DNA of 64,000 nucleotides from an uncultured delta proteobacterium. GTDB lineage: Bacteria; Desulfobacterota; Binatia; UBA9968. Below, one piece after another: positions 1 to 11,205 of this stretch (positions within the stretch are counted from its first letter, which is position 1; each line of letters begins with the position of its first letter). The position numbers were made by a program, and so were the translations under genes. The stretch spans positions 12,555 to 76,554 of the forward strand of contig CAVTUQ010000043.1 in the NCBI GenBank assembly GCA_963737905.1, read 5' to 3'. The notes beneath the pieces are model-generated. The model was not told where the DNA came from, did not search any database, and saw nothing but the letters and a program-made list of their open reading frames with translations.

Positions 1-796
1 GTCAATCAAGCGCGTGGCTTCTTTGAGGTGGGAACCCGAGCTAAAATTGACGTTGCTCGTGCCGAGACCAATCTGTACCTTTCGCAAGCAGACCTGATTG
101 CAGCCAAAAACGCAGTGCAACTGGCCTGGGTTATCCTTAAAAATGCACTCGGTGTGAGAAACCTGCCCGACCGACCTTTGCAAGAGGAAGCGATCGTGAC
201 GGACATCCCATATAGCCTCGATCAGGCCAAAGAATTGGCTTACGCTTCCCGGTCCGAATTAAAGAGCTTTAATGCTCAAAGAAAGGCGCAAGATCAGACC
301 ATCGCCGCGGCTAGGCGGGGCCATCTCCCCGATATTATATTCGACGCCAATTACCGGCGCAGCAATACCAGCGTTATCGTCAGCGACAAATCAGAGCACA
401 TTCCCGCTTCCGGCGGGTTGGCAAGTGCAGTTGAGTTTGGTTGTTCCAATCTTTGACGGATTTCGGACCACCAATCGAGTGGAGGAAAGCTTGCGCAACT
501 ATTACGTGATCAAGGACCAAGAAGAATTGCAGCGACAGCAGGTTGCCCTCGACGTGGAGCAGGCCTATCTGCGGTTGGAGGAATTGCGGGACAGGATCAA
601 GGCGAATGAGTCGGCGAAAGACGCGGCCAAGGAAAATCTCGATCTGGCAATTGGACGCTATGAAATAGGGGTAGGGTCAATCATTGAGAGAACGGACGCT
701 GAGACTCTTTACACGGACGCTCAGACAACATATGTTAGATCGCTTTATGATTACAAAATAGCCGAGGCCCAGCTGACGCGGGCTATAGGACAGTAG
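1..796 (+). CDS. TolC-family outer-membrane efflux protein, 5'-truncated by window edge, one frameshift near 370-390
   Basis: ORFs 28..456 and 272..796 join into OEP repeats (DVARAE, VPIFDGF, RYEIGVG, YDYKIAEAQLTRAIG); directly upstream of RND adaptor. Confidence 0.85.
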
Positions 797-872
797 GGCA
801 CATAGTGCTATGATTTGAGCGGCTAACAAGAGGCAACAGGGTTTTAACAACCAGTGGGTTGGGAGAGATAGT

Positions 873-2120
873 ATGCGGCGTTCACTCTGGATTCTCATAC
901 TGCTGCTGGTTCTGGGTGGCTTTGCGGGAATCCAACAGTACACTTCTTGGTCGTTAAGTAAGCCTCAGCCTAAGTCTGAAGGAGCGTCCGCTGGCCGGGC
1001 GCAGCAGGGTCGCCCTGCGGGTGGACGATCGCGCGAAGCCGTACCTGTCCTCGTCGCTACTGCCGAGCGGAAAACGATGCCTCTCCAGGTTCGGGCGGTC
1101 GGCAACGTCGAGGCTTACTCCACCGTTGCCGTCAAAAGTCAGGTTACGGGCGTGCTCACGAAAGCCCACTTCATAGAGGGTCAAAATGTCAAAAAAGGAC
1201 AGCTACTCTTCACCATCGACCCCCGTCCATTTGAAGCGGCTTTGAAACAATCCGAGGCGAACCTGGCGCGGGACGCAGCACAGCTAGAAAACGCGCAAGA
1301 ACAGGCCCGCCGTTACTTGGAGCTGGTCAAGAAACAGTTCGTTTCGAAGGAGCAGTACGATCAGATCCGCACCAACGCTGCTGCCCTGGAAGCGGTGGTG
1401 GAGGCGGACAAAGCCGCGGTGGAAAATGCTAAAGTTCAGTTGAGCTATTGTTATATTTATTCGCCGATAGACGGGCAACTGGGAACCTTGCTGGTGAACG
1501 AAGGTAACTTGGTGCGAGTTAACGATGCCGCTCCTTTGGTGGTGATTAATCAGGTTGCACCTATTTACGTAACTTTTTCGGTGCCGGAGCAAAATTTGCC
1601 CGACATTAGACGCCATATGGCTGCGGGCAGTCTCAAAGTCGAAGCGAGCTTCCAGTCCGACGAGGGGCGCCCGGCAGAGGGAAATCTCGCCTTCATCGAC
1701 AATGCCGTTGACCGTACCACCGGAACGATCAAACTCAAGGCGGAATTTAAGAATGCCGACAAACGCCTATGGCCGGGCCAATTCATCAACGTAGCTTTAA
1801 CCCTGTCTACGCAGTCCGATGCGATCGTCATACCGTCGGAAGCGGTCCAGGTCGGCCAGGAAGGTCAACATGTGTTTGTCGTGAAACCCGACAAGACAGT
1901 CGAGATGAGACCGGTCACTGTGGGGCAAACAAATGAAGGCGAAGCCATCATTGCCAGCGGGCTGGCGGCGGGAGAGAAAATCGTGCGAGAAGGACAATTT
2001 CTGCTCGGACCCGGATCCCGAATAGAGATCAAAGATCCCAGCACAACGGCGGCAAAAGAGGGGAAGAGAGAACGAGCACGTCCAAGTAAAGCCAAGAAAG
2101 GAGAAAGGGGCGAGTCATGA
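873..2120 (+). CDS. RND efflux periplasmic adaptor (MdtA-like membrane fusion protein)
   Basis: N-terminal TM anchor, lipoyl/hairpin motifs (EGQNVKKGQLLFTIDPRPF, IYSPIDG, IDNAVDRTTGT, LWPGQF). Confidence 0.92.
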   Translation: MRRSLWILILLLVLGGFAGIQQYTSWSLSKPQPKSEGASAGRAQQGRPAGGRSREAVPVLVATAERKTMPLQVRAVGNVEAYSTVAVKSQVTGVLTKAHFIEGQNVKKGQLLFTIDPRPFEAALKQSEANLARDAAQLENAQEQARRYLELVKKQFVSKEQYDQIRTNAAALEAVVEADKAAVENAKVQLSYCYIYSPIDGQLGTLLVNEGNLVRVNDAAPLVVINQVAPIYVTFSVPEQNLPDIRRHMAAGSLKVEASFQSDEGRPAEGNLAFIDNAVDRTTGTIKLKAEFKNADKRLWPGQFINVALTLSTQSDAIVIPSEAVQVGQEGQHVFVVKPDKTVEMRPVTVGQTNEGEAIIASGLAAGEKIVREGQFLLGPGSRIEIKDPSTTAAKEGKRERARPSKAKKGERGES

Positions 2121-5100
2121 ATATCTCCGGGCTCTTCATTCGTCGGCCGATCACCACGACCCTGGTAATGGTCGGCATACTCATGTTCGGTCTGATGGGG
2201 TATAAATCCCTTCCGGTAAGCGATTTACCGCCCGTCGACTTCCCCACGATCGTAGTCAGTGCCAATCTGTCCGGCGCTAACCCGGATACGATGGCCGCCA
2301 CGGTGGCGACGCCCTTGGAAAAGCAATTCGCGACGATTGCGGGACTGGATTCCATAAATTCGGTTAGCACGCTCGGTCGCACACAAATCACACTCCAGTT
2401 CAATTTGAGCCGCGATATCGATGCCGCGGCGCAGGACGTGCAGTCGATGATCTCGCGAACACTGCGCGACCTGCCGCCGAGCATGAACTAACCCGCCGTC
2501 GTATCGAAAGGTAAATCCGGCAAACAATTCCATTTTTTTGATGGCGCTAACGTCGGAGTCTCTCCCACTATCAACAGTAGATGAGTACGCGGAGAGCATC
2601 TTGGCCCAGCGCATCTCCATGATCAGCGGGGTTGCCCAGGTAAACATCTTTGGCGAGCAAAAGTACGCCGTGCGCATTCAGCTCGACCCGAATCAGCTGG
2701 CGGCGCGGCAGATCGGCATGGACGATGTTGTCAACGCCATACAACGGGGCAATGTTGACGTGCCGGTGGGAACCTTGGACGCTCCCAACCGGGCTTTCAC
2801 ACTCGTTTCAGAAGGCCAGCTCAAAAATGCGGAGGCTTTTCGCCCCCTCGTGGTTGCCTATCGCAACGGCGCTCCGGTTCGGCTTCAAGATCTCGGGAAA
2901 GTCCTTGACAGCGTAGCGGATACTCGGGTCGCAAGCTGGTTTAAAGATAAACGGGCGATCATTTTAGGCGTGCAACGGCAGGCCGGGGCCAACGTCGTTG
3001 AGGTCGTCGATGCGATTAAAGAAGTTCTGCCGGAGCTTCGGAAGCAGATTCCGCAATCCATCAATCTGGATGTTTTCTTTGACCGCACTCAGGGCATTCG
3101 TGAATCGGCCCATGATGTCCAGCTGACGCTGATAGGCACGATCGTCCTGGTCATCCTGGTGATCTTTCTCTTCCTGCGCAATATTTCGGCGACGATCATA
3201 CCGAGCTTGGCGTTGCCGATGTCGATCGTCGGCACTTTCGCGGTGATGTATCTGCTCGATTATAGTCTGGACAACCTCTCGCTCATGGCTCTCACCCTGG
3301 CCGTAGGATTCGTCGTCGACGACGCCATCGTCGTGCTGGAAAATATCGTGCGCCACATGGAAGAAGGCGAGCCGCCCTACGAAGCGGCGGTGAAGGGCGC
3401 TAAAGAGATCGGATTTACGATCGTTTCTATGACTATTTCTCTGGTGGCTGCATTTATCCCGGTGCTGTTCATGAGCGGCATGATCGGCCGGCTGCTGCGA
3501 GAATTTTCCGTCACGATTTGCGTGGCGATCCTGGTTTCCGGGTTTATCTCCTTAAGCTCTCACTCCCATGCTATGCAGCCGTTATCTCCGGCCGCCCGCC
3601 ACGCAAAAGCACGGCTGGTTGTACAACTTTTTGGGACGTTGTCTGGACTCGATGAATAGAGGCTATGAAATTTCGCTCCGCTGGGTGATGAAGCACCACG
3701 TCGCGACCTTCGTTGCCTCCATCATCGTGTTGTTAGCGACGATTCACATGTTTGGCTTGGTCCCCAAAGGTTTCATTCCGAGCGAAGATACCGGGCAAAT
3801 TCTCATCAATACCGAAGGGGCTGAAGGGGTATCTTTTACCCAGATGACTCAGTACCAGCAGCAATTGGCCAACATCGTTGCCGAGGACCCTAACGTCGAG
3901 TCTTTTTTCTCGAGCATCGGTATCGGTGGAAACAGTGTGACGGGTAATTCCGGCCGTATTTTCATCAAACTCAAGGACCGGTCGGAGCGGCCTTTGACCG
4001 CGGACGAAGTCATCCGGGAGCTACGGCCTAAACTGTCGGGCGTCCCGGGAGTCCGTGTCTCGCTTCAGAATCCCCCGGTGATTCGAATCGGCGGACGGCT
4101 TAGCCGAAGCCTTTACCAATTCACAATGCAGAGCACGGATGCGAAGGAACTCTTTCGTTATGCCTATCAGTTTGAGGAAAAGTTAAAGGCCCTTCCGGAT
4201 TTCAGGGATGTCGCTAGCGATCTACAAATTCGCAATCCGCAGTTGCAAGTGGTGGTTGACCGCGACAAGGCGTCAACCATGGGGATTACCGCCCAGGGGA
4301 TTTCGCAACGCCAAATCGAGGAGGCGTTCTGGAATTCCTATGCGACCCGGAAAGTTTCGACGATCAATACCCCGAATAATCAGTACGACGTCGTTTTGGA
4401 GCTGGATCCAAAGTTTCAGAAAGATCCATCGGCGCTGTCGATGCTTTATATTCGCTCCACGAACACGCAAAACGCGACAGCCCAACCGATGGTACCCCTG
4501 GGCTCCGTGGCGAAAATCATATACAGCGCCGGTCCGCTGTCGGTGAATCACTCGGGACAGCTACCTTCGGTTACGCTTTCATTTAACTTACGGGAGGGAG
4601 TTGCTCTCGGCGACGCGGTCGCAACGATCGACAAGTTGGCCCGCGATATCCTTCCGGGAACCATCACCACGAGTTTTCAGGGGACGGCTCAGGAATTTCA
4701 AAGGTCCATTAGCAGTCTCTGGATGCTTCTTGCATTGGCCGTGTTCGTTGTTTATCTGGTTTTGGGAATTCTTTATGAGAGCTTTATTCACCCGCTGACG
4801 ATTCTTTCGGGTCTGCCGTCAGCCGGCTTGGGCGCGTTGATCGCTCTGTACTACTTCGGCATGGACTTGAGTATCTATGCTTTTGTCGGCTTGATCATGC
4901 TCATCGGCATCGTGAAGAAAAACGCCATCATGATGATCGACTTCGCGCTGGAAGGCCAACGGAACGAGGGCAAGAGTCCCGCCCAGGCGATTTATGAAGG
5001 CGCCCTGGTGCGATTTCGGCCGATTATGATGACGACCATGGCCGCGATCATGGGAGCCGTGCCGATTGCTCTCGGGTGGGGCGCAGGGGCGGAAGCGCGT

Positions 5101-5325
5101 CAACCTCTGGGCGTAGCCGTAGTCGGCGGGCTTCTGATCTCCCAGCTTTTGACCCTGTACATCACGCCGGTGGTTTACCTCTATCTGGAGAAGTTGCAGG
5201 CGATGATGGTCGCATTGCCTGAAAGGCTGCGCGGGCGTTCGGCGCGTCGCCCGGCTCAAGCTGGCGAACCGGTGCTCACCCACAAACTGACGGTGGAGAA
5301 TCAGGGCACGGGGAAATTGCCGTAG
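2117..5325 (+). CDS. RND efflux permease (MdtB/MdtC-like), interrupted by frameshifts near 2489 and 3556
   Basis: ORFs 2117..2491, 2538..3659 and 3568..5325 are contiguous AcrB-family segments (FIRRPITT, PPSYRKVNPA in shifted frame, VVDDAIVVLEN, GIVKKNAIMMIDFA, RFRPIMMTT). Confidence 0.9.
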
Positions 5326-5497
5326 GAGATTATTCGCGCGACGATCAATCGCAGTTCCTATGGGCAGCGGTCAACCCGGACGTCGGAGTTCATCGGGCTG
5401 GTTCGTTTGTCCGTTAAATTTTATTCCTGAGCGCCAGCGAGCAACCACAAGCCAAGTTTACTTACTTTTCCCCAACCCCACTCCTAAATCCGCGCAA

Positions 5498-6412
5498 ATG
5501 AAGCGATACGGTTGGTTGTTAGTCACGCTTGCCGCAGGTGCTCTGATGATCGGCACCACCAAGTTGCCGCCCGCGATAATGAAGAAAGTCGTCGGCTGGT
5601 TTGTCACTGACGGTGCCGGCCCGGTGACAGGGGCGCCGGTCAACAGAGAAATAATGCCGCATGTCGTTCGTGGGCGTGGACAGCTTGAAGCGGTTGGAGT
5701 CGTCGATGTGTTTTCTCCTGTGGCGGGCCAGTTGACCGGCGTCCGATTTAAGGCCGGCGACCGGTTTTCTAAAGGCGAAATTCTAGCTCTTGTCCGTTCC
5801 GATGAATTGCTACAGCGAGAAGAGAAAGTTGCAGCGGCCTTCGATGCAGCCAAGGCGGATCTCCGGCAAAAAGAAAATCAACTTGGGGTGGCGGAGAAGG
5901 CATTGGAAAGAGCCCGTGAGTATCACAACAGAGAGTTGATTTCTAGGCGGGATTTGAATGAAACCGAAGCTGCGACAGAGACTGCCCGCGCTCAGCAAGC
6001 GCTCGCCCGGGCACAAGTGGAACAGCAGCAAGCCGTGCTCGAGCAAACACGCCGTTTGCTGAGTGTTTCTAAGTTGGTCGCGCCGTTGAGTGGCGTGGTG
6101 ATCCGCAGGCTAGCTGAGCCGGGCGCCTTTGTTCAGACTTCAACACCGGTTTTTTCAGTTGGGGCTGTGGAGCCTTTGAGGCTCATAATCGAGATTTCCG
6201 ATAGGGATATCGATTTCGTCCGAGAAGGAGCGGCAGCGGAGATTCGTGCCGATACACTTCCGGATCGTCTCTTCTCAGGTCAAATAATCGCTCTGCAATA
6301 TAAGTTAGAAACAGCTCAAAGCGTCATCGCCGAGATCGAGTTACCCAACCGTGATCGGGTGCTGGCTCCGGGGATGAGGGTGGAGGCGACGCTGGTGCAG
6401 GACGGTCGATAA
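5498..6412 (+). CDS. Second RND/ABC-type membrane fusion (adaptor) protein
   Basis: Likely start MKRYGWLL at 5498; SPVAGQL, KAGDR, APLSGVV and LAPGM motifs with a coiled-coil hairpin. Confidence 0.8.
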   Translation: MKRYGWLLVTLAAGALMIGTTKLPPAIMKKVVGWFVTDGAGPVTGAPVNREIMPHVVRGRGQLEAVGVVDVFSPVAGQLTGVRFKAGDRFSKGEILALVRSDELLQREEKVAAAFDAAKADLRQKENQLGVAEKALERAREYHNRELISRRDLNETEAATETARAQQALARAQVEQQQAVLEQTRRLLSVSKLVAPLSGVVIRRLAEPGAFVQTSTPVFSVGAVEPLRLIIEISDRDIDFVREGAAAEIRADTLPDRLFSGQIIALQYKLETAQSVIAEIELPNRDRVLAPGMRVEATLVQDGR

Positions 6413-6432
6413 AATGATCAGTTGCGGCTCAC

Positions 6433-8355
6433 TTACCAGCGGAAGGGGTTGAGGGCTTTGCTTACGTTTTCCATATCGTTCTTCAACTGGTCAAAAGCCC
6501 CTTTCTGTTCATCTTCCTGTCCCGGGATAGACGGCCTCTGTTCGGCTGCCTTTGCAATCGGTTGCGGCTGAGTCGGCCCTTTGACTAACGTTCGGGGAAA
6601 TTCTCGGTCCCCGGGCACTTGTACTTGCTGTTTCTCGGTGGATTCAGGTTTCTTTTCCGAGCTGGAGACGGCTTGAGCGGACGGCGCTTTTACCTGAGCG
6701 GGAATCTCCGCTGATGGGAGGAATAACGGTCCTTTCTCTACGGCCACCTTGGGTTCCAACTCTACTTTCTTTGGTTGTTCCTGCTGCGGCGTCCCTTTCA
6801 GTTGGTCCGCCGAGGATGGCGCTTCAAACTTCGATGGTTCCAAGCCCTGACTCCTGAGCTTTTGGTCGATGCCGCTCAGCAGGCCGTCGCTGCCCCCGTC
6901 TTGTTGTGGTTCCGCGTTAGTCTTCACCTTTGCGGCTACGGCTTCTGCGACCTTAGGGTCGCTAAAGGCCGCATGCGCTTGGGGTGGCGGCGGCAGCTCT
7001 TCCACACTCTTGCCACTCTTTTTTAGATTCGCGTCAATATCTCCCAAGAGTTTGCCGGTGTCTGTAGTCTGCGGAGGGGGGGGCTCTTCGACTTTGGGAG
7101 TTGCTGCCGGCGGGGGCTTTAGGGATGCAGTTTGGGTTGCGGAATCGATTCCCTTTTGTTTGAGAGAATCATCGATCTGATTAACCAACTGATCATTCTT
7201 GGCTGTCGCTTCCGTCTTCTTGACCTGAGAACTTTGCCCGCCGAAAGGATTGACTCCGTTCCACAGGCTCCCGAGCACACCCGGGGAGCTCTCCTTTTCG
7301 CTAGGGGTCTTTTTCGCCGCGAGTTCGGTTGGGCTTTCCGGTGTCTTCTTCTCGTCGTCAGAGGAAGAAAAAGGATTGAGCTTATCTGCCACCCGACGGA
7401 AGATGCTTTTTTCTTCGCCCGGCTCCTCGTACACGATCTCGGTCTTTGCCGTGAGATTGTTAATGTCCTTTAGTTTCTCGTTATTTGCCGTCTCTTGAGC
7501 CGCTCCACCGGCTGCTACCGCACCAGGTCTCCGGTCACGCATCAGCAGCATCGCCAACGGATCTTGTTTCTCTTTCTCCAGCTGGGCGAGGTAGGTCTTG
7601 GCTTGAGGGGCGAATTTGCTCTCCGGGTAATATTGGAGCAGCGCTTCGTAGGCCAGACTTGCCTTGACGTTATTTTTTTCTTTGCGGTAACTCTCGCCGA
7701 GGAAGAAAAGACTTTTGGCCGCAACGGGAGTGCCTCGATACTTTCGCACGATCTCTTCAAAACGCTCACGAGCGGCCGGATACTTTTCCTGTTGCAGGTA
7801 AAAGGAGGCGACGATGAAGTCATGTTCGGCGAGATATCCGACGCATTTGGCCAATTGTTCTCGCGCCGGGATCGCATACGGCGATTTGGGATAATTTGTA
7901 ATGACGTTTTCGAAGTAGCTTTTTGCGACTTCGGTATTTTTTTGATCCCGCTCGATGGAGGTAAACTGATCTATATGAGCCTGCCCCAAGCGGTAAACGA
8001 CGAAAGCAATATTTTCGTTGGTCGGGTGCATCGACTGAAACTCTTTAAACTCATTGATCGCCTCGGGGTATTGCTGGTTCAAGTAATAGGCATCGGCTAT
8101 TTTGAGTTCCGCGTCAGTCAGTTGCGGGCTAAACGGATACTCGGTCCTGAACTTGGTCAAGACGTCGATGGCACGCGCGTAGCGTTTTTCCGTGAAGTAT
8201 CGCGAGCCCTCTTCATATAAAGCGTCCGCCGTGGGATCAGGTTTCACCGCTGAAGCCGACCGGAAGGACGGCATCGAAGTGGAGGAACAGCCGGCTACCC
8301 AAGTCATCCACAGTAAGGCTATTAGAAGGAGTCCAAATGCTTTCATAGAATACAC
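6433..8355 (-). CDS. bamD: Outer-membrane assembly lipoprotein BamD with ~370-aa low-complexity C-terminal extension
   Basis: Lipobox VAGC; YPFSP, HPTNE, RDQ, YPKSPY and LAEH motifs typical of BamD/YfiO in the first ~265 aa. Confidence 0.85.
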   Translation of the reverse strand: MYSMKAFGLLLIALLWMTWVAGCSSTSMPSFRSASAVKPDPTADALYEEGSRYFTEKRYARAIDVLTKFRTEYPFSPQLTDAELKIADAYYLNQQYPEAINEFKEFQSMHPTNENIAFVVYRLGQAHIDQFTSIERDQKNTEVAKSYFENVITNYPKSPYAIPAREQLAKCVGYLAEHDFIVASFYLQQEKYPAARERFEEIVRKYRGTPVAAKSLFFLGESYRKEKNNVKASLAYEALLQYYPESKFAPQAKTYLAQLEKEKQDPLAMLLMRDRRPGAVAAGGAAQETANNEKLKDINNLTAKTEIVYEEPGEEKSIFRRVADKLNPFSSSDDEKKTPESPTELAAKKTPSEKESSPGVLGSLWNGVNPFGGQSSQVKKTEATAKNDQLVNQIDDSLKQKGIDSATQTASLKPPPAATPKVEEPPPPQTTDTGKLLGDIDANLKKSGKSVEELPPPPQAHAAFSDPKVAEAVAAKVKTNAEPQQDGGSDGLLSGIDQKLRSQGLEPSKFEAPSSADQLKGTPQQEQPKKVELEPKVAVEKGPLFLPSAEIPAQVKAPSAQAVSSSEKKPESTEKQQVQVPGDREFPRTLVKGPTQPQPIAKAAEQRPSIPGQEDEQKGAFDQLKNDMENVSKALNPFRW

Positions 8356-8564
8356 TCTGCCACCCTTCTGCGATCATACACGCCGCGACGATAGAGTCAA
8401 GAATTTTCGCCACTCTTTTTTCATCGTCTTGAGGTTGCATGGTGTTGTTTCTTTGCCCGTCAGTGCTCACGCCTCTACATGGAGGCACGATTCGACGAAA
8501 GCTTTCTAATCATTAAGTGATTCATGATCTCGCGTACGCCCAAAGATCATAAAACGAAGATCTT

Positions 8565-8661
8565 CGTCATGCCGGCACGGATAGCCGGCATCCAGTTCGC
8601 AAGGACGCATCCGGAGACATCCATGTCACCCTAGATTCCAGCACTCCATGCTGGAATGACG
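8565..8661. repeat. REP-like palindromic doublet (CGTCAT...ATGACG)
   Basis: CGTCATGCCGGC-ACGGATA-GCCGGCATCCA followed by the inverted unit AGATTCCAGC-ACTCCAT-GCTGGAATGACG. Confidence 0.65.
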
Positions 8662-8721
8662 CGCTGAGGGGATCCTGGCAGCTTGATGCGTGGTTGGTGG
8701 TTTGCTAGGAGTGCCAGAGTT

Positions 8722-8753
8722 CGTCATTCCCGCATGCTTTTAGCGGGAATCCA
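8722..8753 (+). repeat. Single REP-like palindrome
   Basis: CGTCATTCCCGC-ATGCTTTTA-GCGGGAATCCA, same CGTC-head architecture as 8565. Confidence 0.65.
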
Positions 8754-8816
8754 TTCGCGGTGAAAATTTATCTTTTATTGTTTGGCTGCGGCTCCACTGC
8801 AATGGAATAATGCGGT

Positions 8817-9290
8817 CTAATTTGCCGGCAGCACGCGCAGCGTGACTTCGGTTTTGTTGGAACGAAAAACAAAGGGCCAGACCGGTGGAAAAATGACGTA
8901 GGCTGTGGTTTCCAGCACGGAATAAACGGTGTCGCCGGGGGGGCCTTTGTCATCGTGGATGGTAACTGTATAGTTGCCCGGCGCAAGATCTGGGATCGTA
9001 AACTGGAGTATCTTGTCTTCGATCCAGACGAGTTCTTCTCCGGGAACTTTCCTTCGATCGGGATTGGAAGCGAGGAGTTTGAGTTGGGGCCAGTCCATCA
9101 TTTTTCCACCTAACTCAACTCTTGGCCAGCCCACCAGATACTCCATCGAAAGACTTACTATTGTGCCTGGTGTCCCTTCGACGGGATTGATCCTTACGAC
9201 TCGCGGGGCGCATGCGCAGACGAGCAAGCAGAATAACGCGCCATAAGTGATTTGCAGAATTAAAGATCGCCCTTTTCGGTAAGTCTTCAT
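8817..9290 (-). CDS. Hypothetical lipoprotein with possible IPT/TIG (Ig-like) domain
   Basis: Signal peptide ending LVCAC; INPVEGTPGTIVSL and IPDLAPGNYTVTI resemble IPT/TIG. Confidence 0.6.
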   Translation of the reverse strand: MKTYRKGRSLILQITYGALFCLLVCACAPRVVRINPVEGTPGTIVSLSMEYLVGWPRVELGGKMMDWPQLKLLASNPDRRKVPGEELVWIEDKILQFTIPDLAPGNYTVTIHDDKGPPGDTVYSVLETTAYVIFPPVWPFVFRSNKTEVTLRVLPAN

Positions 9291-9579
9291 TTCGTCCTAG
9301 ATCGCATAAAGCTAAGGAGTTTCCAAGATCTTTCCCACCATAGAGGCGAGTGCGCCGGGGCGGATCGCTGGATTCTCTCGATTCTCGGCTTACGACCGTC
9401 AGAGTTCCTTTTCGCTCTCGAGAATCCGTTAAAGGGGTCTTTTTTAGGTCCTTAGTCCTATAAGAAATTACCAAATTGGCTTGGGATGGAAAAAAATCAT
9501 ACGAACCGCGTATTGCCGGATTAAGGGTATTCGAGTACAAACTTCCCAAGTGGTTGGAGGAAAAAAGCATTTCTCTAAA

Positions 9580-9594
9580 TGGGATGCTTTTTGC
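9580..9594 (+). promoter_or_regulatory. Possible sigma54 (-24/-12) promoter for the porin gene
   Basis: TGGGATGCTTTTTGC has correct GG-N10-GC spacing, 65 bp upstream of the ATG; -24 element deviates from TGGCAC. Confidence 0.4.
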
Positions 9595-9658
9595 GCGACG
9601 GCCAGGCAGAGAATTTGAGTAGCGAAATATCTACTAGGGGAAGAAGGAGGCAAAAAAG

Positions 9659-11185
9659 ATGAAGAAAGGATTCTGGGGGTTTGCAGCGTTGGGCTTCATG
9701 CTGACAGCTTTATTGTCAGTGGCTGTGCCGGCGGGAGCGCAGAATGTGGATGATAAGATCAAGGCGCTGGAGCAGGAACTGTCGTCGCTCAAGTCGCAGC
9801 AGATAGAGCTTAAGAAAGAGGCGACCGCAGCGGCAGCGGCGTTGCCGAATTTTAGCTATCGTCCCGGTAACGGTCTGGACATCACAGCGGCGGACAAGTC
9901 ATGGGGCGTCCGCTTCTCAATGGAGACTAACCTCCGCATGATGTTTGAGAGCGGGCAAGACGCAATCGGCCGGACCAATGGTGAGGTCATGTTGCGCCGT
10001 TGGCGCCCCACGTTCTGGTACTGCATCGACAACTGTCTGTACGAAATCGAGACGAGCATCGATATGGACGGTTTTGGGACGGGCAATGCGAAGAACTCGA
10101 CCAACAGTGGCGGGAGTTCGATCATGCAGCGCGGGGTGGTTCACTTTCACCTCGAGAACTTAAACCCCTTCATGCCGACGGTTGACATCGGCGGCGACAT
10201 CTCCACGAGCTTGAGCACGTCGCGCCAGGGATCCAGCGCCATCGGCGCCCAGCTGGAATACGATCTATTGAGCCGCAACGTCGGTCCCAACACGGGCCGT
10301 GCTGGATGGGGTGTAGTTATGAACTGGGACGACCGGTCTCTTAGCGGCATCGGTATCCCGGGCCGAATCGGTCGCTATCAGTTTGGCGTGGCCAGTGTCA
10401 GCGAAGGCGACGACAACCTGAGTAGCTTCACCGACCGAAAGGATTTCGTTCAGTATATTTCCGTATACCCGTTTTCGGAGCTCAAAAACAAGTGGCTCCA
10501 GGGCTTTATGTTCGAGTTTGGCGCGTGGCTCTGTAACGTCGATCAGCGCCAATCGGCGGACAACGGTTGCGCCCGGGTACGCATCCAAGATAATGGTGAT
10601 GCGGGCCGCCAGACGCTCTTTGACACCGGCGCCAATTCCATCGGCAAGGGGTTGTCTACCTTTTTTATGCCTGGCGTCACCTGGGGTGTGGGTCCATATC
10701 GGCTCCGTGCCGTGCGCGGTTTCGCGGATTCTGAAGATGGGGATTTCACCGGGTGTAGTGGGCTCACGGGGGCGCTGCCGGCCGGCTGTACGCCTAACAA
10801 ACGCGGAAAGAAGACAGGACGTGATTTCCTGATCGGTAACGATCTCTTTCTCTGGAGCCCGAAGGGTTTCTTGACCGGGTCGGCGAATGCCCCGGGATCG
10901 ATCCTGGTGGGAACTAGCTTTCAGCGGACCGACGTCGCTTGCGAGACTCCAAGGTGCCCCGCGATTAACGGCGGTCAGTTCCACCGCGGCACCTACATCA
11001 TTAGAGAGTGGGATCTATGGTATTTCCTTGCGCCGCGTATGAGCGTCGGTGGCGGTGTAATGTGGTACGATGCTTCCAACCTGACCACTACCGTACAGAG
11101 AAACCTTGGGATCAGGCATAACGGCAGCGCCGGGCAAGGTGGGAGCTGGACAGATGGAAATATAAACTTCAGGTATCAGTTCTAG
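9659..11185 (+). CDS. Outer-membrane beta-barrel/porin (OprO/P-like architecture)
   Basis: Signal peptide (PAGA|Q), N-terminal coiled coil, alternating beta strands, C-terminal FRYQF beta signal, strong RBS GAAGGAGG. Confidence 0.75.
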   Translation: MKKGFWGFAALGFMLTALLSVAVPAGAQNVDDKIKALEQELSSLKSQQIELKKEATAAAAALPNFSYRPGNGLDITAADKSWGVRFSMETNLRMMFESGQDAIGRTNGEVMLRRWRPTFWYCIDNCLYEIETSIDMDGFGTGNAKNSTNSGGSSIMQRGVVHFHLENLNPFMPTVDIGGDISTSLSTSRQGSSAIGAQLEYDLLSRNVGPNTGRAGWGVVMNWDDRSLSGIGIPGRIGRYQFGVASVSEGDDNLSSFTDRKDFVQYISVYPFSELKNKWLQGFMFEFGAWLCNVDQRQSADNGCARVRIQDNGDAGRQTLFDTGANSIGKGLSTFFMPGVTWGVGPYRLRAVRGFADSEDGDFTGCSGLTGALPAGCTPNKRGKKTGRDFLIGNDLFLWSPKGFLTGSANAPGSILVGTSFQRTDVACETPRCPAINGGQFHRGTYIIREWDLWYFLAPRMSVGGGVMWYDASNLTTTVQRNLGIRHNGSAGQGGSWTDGNINFRYQF

Positions 11186-11205
11186 CTTCAGCATCATAAG
11201 AGGTT

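Noticed and set aside
2480-2540. Programmed frameshift or genuine split of the RND permease
   Set aside because: No slippery heptamer; a single extra base restores the conserved PPSYRKVNPA, consistent with sequencing error
9370-9445. Hairpin GGATTCTC...GAGAATCC as a riboswitch upstream of the porin
   Set aside because: No recognisable aptamer consensus, and it lies upstream of the putative promoter
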